Assembly (NCBI GenBank): GCA_019419895.1 | Contig: JAHZIE010000002.1 | Location: 27,787-91,786 of the forward strand | DNA: 64,000 bases | Direction: 5' to 3' | Source of the DNA: Clostridiales bacterium | GTDB lineage: Bacteria; Bacillota; Clostridia; Oscillospirales; Acutalibacteraceae | In this document: positions 57,543 to 64,000 of the stretch, piece after piece | Position numbering within the stretch: the stretch's first letter is position 1 | How the letters are laid out: each line of letters opens with the position of its first letter | Translations under genes and position numbers: made by a program | The notes under the pieces: model-generated | Told to the model about the DNA's origin: nothing | The model's database searches: none | The model's input: only the letters and a program-made list of their open reading frames with translations

Positions 57543-57691
57543 TTTTCCACGGGATGTGAAAAAGAGATTGTGGAAAACTTGTTGAAACGGTTAAAAGTTT
57601 ACTAGATATTGTGAAGGGGAAAGTAACCGACACAAATCAACGGAAAAAGCCCGAGTTTTCCCCAAATTATCCACAGAATCCCTGTGGATAA
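57543..57691. promoter_or_regulatory. DnaA-box cluster with a convergent pair of perfect boxes
   Basis: TTATCCACA 57667-57675 and TGTGGATAA 57683-57691 are separated by 7 nt. TGTGGAAAA 57569-57577 and TGTGAAAAA 57555-57563 both fit TTWTNCACA on the opposite strand. TTTTCCACG 57543-57551 has one mismatch. Confidence 0.55.
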
Positions 57692-57980
57692 ATCAAAAAA
57701 GAACAAATAACTCTTTTCGCGCGGCGTCGGAGGACAAGCCTCAGGCTTAAGAAAAACAGGGGCTAGTGGGAATACTTCGGTAGAATGAAATTTCGGAAAA
57801 GATGAAGGAATTTCTAAAGTAAACAACTTTAACAGAATAGGAGCAGGCGACAGAACGTCCAGAATATCCTTTTTTAGAAAGAAAATTTGTTGATATATGA
57901 AAGTGAAAAGTTCAGTTTTTAAGAGGAATAAAAAAGAAAGAATGAGGATACTTTTTCGGCAGCCTCGCCCTTTCCTTATG

Positions 57981-58166
57981 TTATGCGCCAATCAATCCGC
58001 TCTTGACAGCTTCTTTTACAAAGGCTTGAATGCTGTTCCTCTTTCTGATCCAGGCCGTTCGGTCAGTTGCCTTTCGCTGCTCTGTCACGCCCTGGTTTTC
58101 TGTCATTCCTTGAATCAGGCGGCGGTATACTTTCTCCGCCCGCTTATCATTGTTGGGCCTTTTCAT
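57981..58166 (-). pseudogene. TnpV-family protein fragment (C-terminal half only), a mobile-element relic
   Basis: The 61-aa ORF RAEKVYRRLIQGMTENQGVTEQRKATDRTAWIRKRNSIQAFVKEAVKSGLI matches my memory of the C-terminal ...ERGI.E.LKA.D...WV..MNN...A.E.V pattern of the ~120-aa Tn4451-type TnpV proteins. I found no N-terminal half in any upstream frame. Confidence 0.5.
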
Positions 58167-58447
58167 CCCTGCTTATCCTATCGGGGCTCTTGTCGGAAAA
58201 GGGGAGCAGAAGATCCTTCGCCGGGGCTTACGGGGACGGCGCGGCAAAAGTTATGAAAGGAGAAGCTTAGGAGAAAGGAACGCGGCTGTAACTGCTCCAG
58301 AGGAATTTATGTTAACTATGCTTGATAAGCGGGGGAAATGTCCGCTGATTTTTGTGAACGGAAGGGGGCGGCTTTTCTTGAAAAGGGCCTGTCTATCCTG
58401 TATAATAAAAATAGTTGAATGAATGTGGATGAGAGGTCGCGGTAATC

Positions 58448-59914
58448 ATGGAACATGTTGGTTTTGATAATAACAAATATCTCTGCACCCAGTCGGAGCA
58501 CATCCGGCAGAGGATCGCCCAGTTCGGCGGTAAGCTGTATTTGGAATTTGGGGGCAAGCTGTTCGACGATTATCACGCCTCGCGCGTATTGCCTGGCTTT
58601 CAGCCCGACAGCAAACTCCGTATGCTGCTTCAGCTCAAGGAGCAGGTGGAGATTGTCATTGTCATCAATACCGGGGATATTGAAAAGAACAAGCTGAGGG
58701 GGGACTTGGGGATCACCTATGACCTGGACGTCCTGCGGCTGATAGAATGCTTCCGGAACATTGGACTCTATGTTGGCAGTGTGGTGCTCACCCGCTACCA
58801 GGGGCAGCCGGTGGCCGATGCCTTCCAGAAGAGGCTGGAGGCCCTGGGCGTCAAAGTATACCGCCATTATTCTATTGAGGGGTATCCGTCTAATATTTCC
58901 AAAATTGTCAGCGATGAGGGCTATGGAAAGAATGAGTATATTGAGACCACAAGGGAATTGGTGGTGGTGACGGCCCCCGGCCCCGGCAGCGGCAAAATGG
59001 CAACCTGCCTGTCTCAGCTTTACCATGAGCATAAGAGAGGAATCCAGGCGGGATACGCCAAGTTTGAGACTTTTCCAATTTGGAACCTTCCTCTGAAACA
59101 TCCGGTCAATCTGGCTTATGAGGCGGCGACAGCCGATCTGAATGATGTGAATATGATCGATCCCTTCCATCTGGAGGCCTATGGGGAAACGACGGTCAAC
59201 TATAACCGGGATGTGGAGATTTTTCCGGTTCTTACCGCGATCTTTGAAACAATCTTTGGGGAATGTCCCTATAAATCTCCCACAGATATGGGCGTGAATA
59301 TGGCGGGCAACTGCATTGTTGACGACGAGGCTGTCCGCAGGGCTTCCTGTCAGGAGATTATCCGCCGCTATTACACCGCGCTGTGCGGCCAGCGGCAGGG
59401 GGTTGTCAGTGAGGAAGTGGTCTATAAGCTGGAGCTTTTGATGAAAAAGGCAGGGGTCACCATCCACGACCGCGCGGTGGTTTCGCCCGCCCTCCAGAAA
59501 GCCGCCCTGACGGGGGCGCCCGCTGCCGCAATAGAGCTGCCGGACGGCACCGTTCTGACGGGAAAGACCTCCGACCTTCTTGGCGCGTCCGCGGCCCTGC
59601 TGCTCAACGCGTTAAAATATCTGGCGGGAATCAGCGATGAAATTCATGTGATTTCCCCTGTGATTATTGAACCGATCCAGCATTTGAAGGTGGATCATTT
59701 AGGAAACCGCAATCCCCGTCTGCATACCGACGAAATATTGATTGCTCTTTCCATCTGTGCCGCGACCAATCCCACGGCGGAAATGGCGATGGAGCAGCTG
59801 GGCAGGCTGCGGGGCTGCGAGGTTCATTCTTCAGTGATTTTGTCCCAGGTGGATGAAAAGGTATTCCGCAGACTGGGAATCAACATCACCTGCGAGCCGC
59901 AGTACCAGGCTTAG
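58448..59914 (+). CDS. DUF1846 (UPF0371) family protein
   Basis: [18 protein letters not shown]...[18 protein letters not shown]-terminus and 488 aa length. Confidence 0.88.
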   Translation: MEHVGFDNNKYLCTQSEHIRQRIAQFGGKLYLEFGGKLFDDYHASRVLPGFQPDSKLRMLLQLKEQVEIVIVINTGDIEKNKLRGDLGITYDLDVLRLIECFRNIGLYVGSVVLTRYQGQPVADAFQKRLEALGVKVYRHYSIEGYPSNISKIVSDEGYGKNEYIETTRELVVVTAPGPGSGKMATCLSQLYHEHKRGIQAGYAKFETFPIWNLPLKHPVNLAYEAATADLNDVNMIDPFHLEAYGETTVNYNRDVEIFPVLTAIFETIFGECPYKSPTDMGVNMAGNCIVDDEAVRRASCQEIIRRYYTALCGQRQGVVSEEVVYKLELLMKKAGVTIHDRAVVSPALQKAALTGAPAAAIELPDGTVLTGKTSDLLGASAALLLNALKYLAGISDEIHVISPVIIEPIQHLKVDHLGNRNPRLHTDEILIALSICAATNPTAEMAMEQLGRLRGCEVHSSVILSQVDEKVFRRLGINITCEPQYQA

Positions 59915-60202
59915 CGCCGCCGCGTATTGCGGGTGTTCCGGGGCGGAAGCCTGAAAGGGATAAGACAGATAACAGATTTTTTGTCGGAATCTTTTTCGCG
60001 CTCTGCTGCCTGTGGTTTTCCGCTTTCCAATTATATTTGCGTTGGAGAAAGGAATGGATAGGAGGGAAAAGACGATAAAATATGGAGGGCCCTCATGCTG
60101 TCTCCGCTGAGCCCTTGCATGAAGCTTTTCCTTCGGAAGTCCCATATCACGTTGTTTTCAATGGCGGGACTTTAAGCCCGCCTGAAATTGAAATATCCCT
60201 AA

Positions 60203-60238
60203 AAAACTCCCCGGAGAATTTCGCTGGGGAGTTTTTTT
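60203..60238. terminator. Bidirectional rho-independent terminator
   Basis: AAAAAACTCCCCGG...CTGGGGAGTTTTTTT: an ACTCCCC / GGGGAGT stem flanked by an A-run and T7. Confidence 0.65.
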
Positions 60239-60364
60239 ATATTCTCCCTTTCCCTCTATGCCGTTTGCGGGTATTCTGCCTTTTTTCTTTTTCCTTTGAG
60301 AACTTTGGGAACTTTGGGAAGCTCAGAACATACCCTCTCGATCCGCCACCCTCCGCATGGAATA

Positions 60365-60979
60365 TCAGGGTGCCTTTTCACACCGCTTTTTCACCGTGTC
60401 CTCCATTCCGGACGCGGTACACAGGACGGTGGGCAGGGTCGAGGTGAGGATAATGGAGATATATTGCACAGTCCTTTCCCGGTTCCGGACAGAACGGTCG
60501 GTAATCCATTCCAGCAGCATCCCTGCGATGGCCTGGGTGTAGAACTGACTTAAAAATGCTTTGAAATCCTCCGGAACAGCCAGCCCCTGAATTTTTTCCG
60601 TTTGATCGATAATGGAACGGGTGATGCCAATACAGTCGGAATAAAAAAACCGCTGAAGTTCGTCGCGGCCCATGGAATGATAGATATTATTGAGCAGGGC
60701 GTCATTTTTTTCCACATAGTCCATAACAAAGAGGATAGCCTCCTCATACTCGGCAATGAGATCGAATTGTTTAACAACCTCAATCGCTTCCTGTTCCAGC
60801 ATCCATTTGAGCAGGGCATAAACATCCTCAAAGTGATAATAAAAGGTATTGCGGTTAAAGCCACTGACAGAGATTATCTCCCTGACGGTAATTTTAGAAA
60901 ACGGCTTTTCGCTGGCTAGCTTTTTTAAAGCGGCGGCCAACGCCTTTTTGGTCTGCATGCTTGAAATTTCATGCTTCAT
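60365..60979 (-). CDS. TetR/AcrR family transcriptional regulator
   Basis: FSKITVREIISVSGFNRNTFYYHFEDVYALLKW HTH region. AAGGAA lies 6 nt before ATG 60979. Confidence 0.85.
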   Translation of the reverse strand: MKHEISSMQTKKALAAALKKLASEKPFSKITVREIISVSGFNRNTFYYHFEDVYALLKWMLEQEAIEVVKQFDLIAEYEEAILFVMDYVEKNDALLNNIYHSMGRDELQRFFYSDCIGITRSIIDQTEKIQGLAVPEDFKAFLSQFYTQAIAGMLLEWITDRSVRNRERTVQYISIILTSTLPTVLCTASGMEDTVKKRCEKAP

Positions 60980-61211
60980 TGTTTTTCCTTCACCGTCCTT
61001 CAGTTTTATTATACAATTGTATGGCAAAAAGGCAAGGGCTTGCCCCTGTTTCATCCAATTGGGCACGGATAATAGGATTTCCCGGAAATTTGTTGGTCAA
61101 TTTCAGGAACCTGTCTAAAAATTCGTCAAAGAGAGGAGAATTGTCTATTTTCTCCTGGGAGGCGTCTCCCTATAATGGAAGGAGCGAAAAGGGGAAGGGA
61201 GTGCTTCTTTT

Positions 61212-61529
61212 ATGCCGGACTATCAATATGACGTCCTTTTGGAAACTCTTTTGGGAGAACGGCGCGGCGCCATGAAGCTCCATGTCCGCCATAGAAGGGT
61301 GGACGGTTATTTAAAGCTTTTTGGCCATACGGAGCCGGTCAGCGGAATGGTGGGAAAGGATGGAATTTACCGTCTGAGCGGAAAATTTGTTACCCTGATG
61401 AGTGAATTTTATTATATGGCCACAGGACGGGCGGACAAAGAAAAATTAGATCTCACAATTTATGGGGGGCGCGCGGTGTTCCGGATGACAGGAACCGCCC
61501 CCACTGGCTCGGAGGGCATTCATCCATGA
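61212..61529 (+). CDS. Small hypothetical protein (105 aa), translationally coupled to the MMPL gene
   Basis: GGGAAGGGAG lies upstream of the ATG. The stop overlaps the MMPL start (ATGA). No domain is recognised. Confidence 0.5.
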   Translation: MPDYQYDVLLETLLGERRGAMKLHVRHRRVDGYLKLFGHTEPVSGMVGKDGIYRLSGKFVTLMSEFYYMATGRADKEKLDLTIYGGRAVFRMTGTAPTGSEGIHP

Positions 61530-63613
61530 AAAAATATTATCAGGTCATTGTTAATCATCCCAAAAAAATAATGCTCAGTTTTATTATCCTGGCGGCGGCA
61601 GGAATTTTTTTGAGCCGTATGGTGTCCGTCAATTATGATATCAAGGATTACCTTCCGGAGGAAACGCCTTCCACCGCCGCGCTGGACGTTATGGGGCGGG
61701 AGTTTGACGAGGGGATTCCCAACGCCCGTGTTATGGTGAAGGATGTAACCGTGCCTCAGGCGCTGGAATATAAAGAAAAGCTCCTTGCGTGCGGCGGAGT
61801 GTCGGCGGTCACATGGCTGGACGATGCGGCCAATATCCTTCAGCCCCTGGAAACCTTGGATGCGGATACAGTCGAAACCTATTATAAGGATGGAAATGCG
61901 CTGTTTACCGTGACGATTGAAGAAGATAAGCTGATAGGAACGGTGGAAGCTATCCAGGACTTAATCGGAGAGGAAAACTGCATCAGCGGCGACGCGGCCT
62001 CCACCGCCATTGCGACAACCAGTACGGTGAAGGAGGTTGCCCTGATCTCCGTGATTGCCGTCATATTTGTCTTTGCCGTTCTGATCCTGACCACTGCCTC
62101 CTGGGTGGAACCAGTGATTGTCCTGATCGGCCTGGGAATCGCCATTCTCATCAATAATGGCAGCAACTTGATTTTTGGGGAAATCTCCTTTGTGACAAAT
62201 GCGGCGGGAAGCATTCTTCAGCTGGCTGTTTCCCTGGACTATTCTGTATTCCTGATACACCGGTATGAGGAATGTCTGAAGGAAACGCCGGAACCCAAGG
62301 AGGCTATGGTAAACGCCCTGTGCAGATCCACCAGCTCCATTCTTTCCAGCGGCCTGACCACGGTGATCGGTTTTCTTGCCCTGGTTTTCATGCGATTCCT
62401 GATTGGCCCGGATTTGGGCCTCGCCCTGGCCAAAGGGGTGGCAATCAGCCTGATCACTGTTTTTATCTTTATGCCGGCGCTGATCCTTTCTATGCGCCAA
62501 TGGATGATCAAAACCCGTCACCGCAGATTTTTGCCCAGCTTTCAAAAATTCGGCAGGGCGGTCAGCCATGTGATGATTCCTATGGCCTGCGTTTTCGCGG
62601 TGCTCATTGTACCCGGCTATCTGGCGTCCAATTCCAATTCCTTCTATTACTGGGCCTCCTATATTTTCGGGGAAAATACCAAGCTTGGACAGGATACCGC
62701 CGCGATTGAGGACATCTTTGGAAAAAATGACACCTATGTGGCCCTTGTGCCAAAGGGGAACGCCTCCGCGGAAAGGGAGCTGTCAGACGCCCTGCATGCC
62801 ATTCCCCAGGTGAAGAGCATTATTTCCTATGTGGACACCGTAGGGGCGGAGATCCCGGAAGAATATTTGGATCAGGATACCCTTTCCCAGCTGGTTTCAG
62901 ACAATTACAGCCGCATGGTGATCACAGTGGATGCGGACTATGAAGGAGAGGAAACCTTCAATCTGGTAAAAAGCATGAGGGAAACCATCGGCCGTTATTA
63001 TCCCGGCGCCTATTACCTCGCCGGCAATGGGGTGAGCACCTATGATTTGATGGATACGATTACGGCGGATATGCTCAAGGTCAATCTCATTGCCATCGGC
63101 GCGGTTTTCCTTGTCCTTCTGTTCACCATGAAATCCATCACGCTGCCTGTTATTTTGGTGCTCGGTATTGAGACGGCCATCTGGATCAATATGGCTGTTC
63201 CGTATTTTTCCGGTTCGACGGTATTTTATATTTCTTATCTGATTATCAGCTCCATTCAGCTGGGAGCGACGGTGGACTACGCTATTCTGTTCACCGACAG
63301 GTATATGGAATTCCGGCGCGGCATGGATAAGAAACGGGCGGTTGTGGAAACCGTCTCGGCAGTTACCGTCTCGGTGCTGACCTCCGGTTCTGTGATGGCG
63401 GTGGTGGGCTTCCTGCTGGGATATATTTCTACCCATGGAATCATTTCCCAGCTGGGCATGCTGCTGGGCAGGGGAAGTCTTCTTTCTCTTGGCGTCGTCC
63501 TGTTTGTCCTGCCTGGGCTTTTGTACCTGCTTGACGGGCTTATTCGCCATACGACTCTAAAAACCAGTTTTTATCACAAACCAAAGGAGAAAGTGAATCA
63601 TGAACATCATTAA
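61526..63613 (+). CDS. MMPL / RND-superfamily membrane transporter
   Basis: 695 aa with two blocks of ~6 TM helices, each preceded by a soluble loop, and an N-terminal MKKYYQVIVNHPKKIML TM helix typical of MMPL-domain exporters. Confidence 0.85.
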   Translation: MKKYYQVIVNHPKKIMLSFIILAAAGIFLSRMVSVNYDIKDYLPEETPSTAALDVMGREFDEGIPNARVMVKDVTVPQALEYKEKLLACGGVSAVTWLDDAANILQPLETLDADTVETYYKDGNALFTVTIEEDKLIGTVEAIQDLIGEENCISGDAASTAIATTSTVKEVALISVIAVIFVFAVLILTTASWVEPVIVLIGLGIAILINNGSNLIFGEISFVTNAAGSILQLAVSLDYSVFLIHRYEECLKETPEPKEAMVNALCRSTSSILSSGLTTVIGFLALVFMRFLIGPDLGLALAKGVAISLITVFIFMPALILSMRQWMIKTRHRRFLPSFQKFGRAVSHVMIPMACVFAVLIVPGYLASNSNSFYYWASYIFGENTKLGQDTAAIEDIFGKNDTYVALVPKGNASAERELSDALHAIPQVKSIISYVDTVGAEIPEEYLDQDTLSQLVSDNYSRMVITVDADYEGEETFNLVKSMRETIGRYYPGAYYLAGNGVSTYDLMDTITADMLKVNLIAIGAVFLVLLFTMKSITLPVILVLGIETAIWINMAVPYFSGSTVFYISYLIISSIQLGATVDYAILFTDRYMEFRRGMDKKRAVVETVSAVTVSVLTSGSVMAVVGFLLGYISTHGIISQLGMLLGRGSLLSLGVVLFVLPGLLYLLDGLIRHTTLKTSFYHKPKEKVNHEHH

Positions 63614-64000
63614 AAAATCCCTGGCTGTCGTTCTCTCCGGCGTTCTGCTTATGGGAACGGCGGCTCCGGCGTTTGCCTGTGAAACGGACGTTTCCTCAGA
63701 GAAGGAAGAGGTTATTTATGTCAACCTTGACGCTGGAGGGGGCGTCAAGGAAGTATATGCCGTCAACATTTTCAGCGGCGGCAGCGTCACCGATTATGGA
63801 GAGTACTCTTCCGTGAAAATGCTGAATACCAGCGATCCCATTTCTTACAGCGGGGATCGGGTTACATTTTCCACTCAGGCGGATAAGGCGTATTATCAGG
63901 GGACTTTAACGTCCACCCAAATCCCCTGGGAGATTTCAATTAAATATTTTATGGATGGAAAGGAATATACGGCCGATGAAATCGCGGGTAAAAGCGGAAA
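63600..64000 (+). CDS. Secreted protein, N-terminal part (the ORF runs off the window)
   Basis: ATG 63600 has AAAGGAGAAAG 7 nt upstream and overlaps the MMPL stop. It reads MNIIKKSLAVVLSGVLLMGTAAPAFA followed by CETD, a signal-peptide pattern. The frame is open to position 64000. It is absent from the ORF track because no stop codon lies within the window. Confidence 0.6.
   Translation, partial: MNIIKKSLAVVLSGVLLMGTAAPAFACETDVSSEKEEVIYVNLDAGGGVKEVYAVNIFSGGSVTDYGEYSSVKMLNTSDPISYSGDRVTFSTQADKAYYQGTLTSTQIPWEISIKYFMDGKEYTADEIAGKSG

Noticed and set aside
57602-57991. 129-aa minus-strand ORF in the spmB to DUF1846 gap
   Set aside because: It is a Leu/Phe-rich low-complexity translation of an AT-rich spacer. 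It has no RBS and it overlaps the DnaA-box cluster.
57383-58447. Chromosomal replication origin (oriC) at the DnaA-box cluster
   Set aside because: dnaA, dnaN, rpmH and gyrB are not in the window. No obvious AT-rich unwinding element lies directly adjacent, and I saw no strand switch in gene orientation. I kept it only as a DnaA-box cluster or element relic pending whole-genome context.
60082-60447. 121-aa plus-strand ORF downstream of the DUF1846 gene
   Set aside because: It reads straight through a strong bidirectional terminator (60203-60238) and a tandem AACTTTGGG repeat. Its composition is Pro/Phe-rich and non-protein-like.
1-64000. Search for CRISPR arrays, tRNA, rRNA, tmRNA, RNase P, group II introns, integrases and transposases
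   Set aside because: I saw no regularly spaced direct repeats, no GGTTCGAATCC-type T-arms in a tRNA context, no rRNA-like conserved blocks, and no recombinase motifs. This was done by eye only, so small RNAs could have been missed.

Overview
This looks like a chromosomal segment of a spore-forming, saccharolytic Firmicute. The Clostridia-like assignment rests on gene content only (spmA/spmB, abrB, LCP, meso-DAP dehydrogenase, many glycoside hydrolases). I call 46 CDS plus 3 pseudogenes or remnants, and several promoters, terminators and motif clusters read directly from the sequence.

Gene content:
- Glycan catabolism: GH36-like, nagA operon, GH130, NahK-like kinase, a GH28-like beta-helix enzyme, a YesN/YesM-type two-component pair, GH78-like, GH29 and GH2.
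- Housekeeping: carB, ddh, hisC, xth, cobB, tcdA, PiT/DUF47, and an ABC exporter pair.
- Envelope: GT2, LCP, and a licC-licA fusion with eutH.

I did not recognise any rRNA, tRNA, CRISPR array, intact transposase or integrase, or prophage.

I could not identify a compelling new multi-gene system. The best leads are:
1. A convergent pair of perfect DnaA boxes with flanking near-consensus boxes in a 1.07-kb non-coding gap, far from any dnaA. A TnpV fragment lies next to it, and a second cluster of relaxed boxes sits at 37.4 kb.
2. Three single-nucleotide indels within 2.2 kb that break an ogg DNA glycosylase gene and a GNAT gene. At least two of them lie in G/C runs.
3. A licCA-eutH operon that suggests a CDP-ethanolamine or CDP-choline route.
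4. A ROK kinase fused to a GmhA-like SIS isomerase in a nagA-racemase operon.
5. An orphan XRE-ImmA pair.
6. An orphan DUF5131 (Gp37/Gp68) gene preceded by three strong hairpins.

All family assignments come from motifs recalled from memory; no database search was run.
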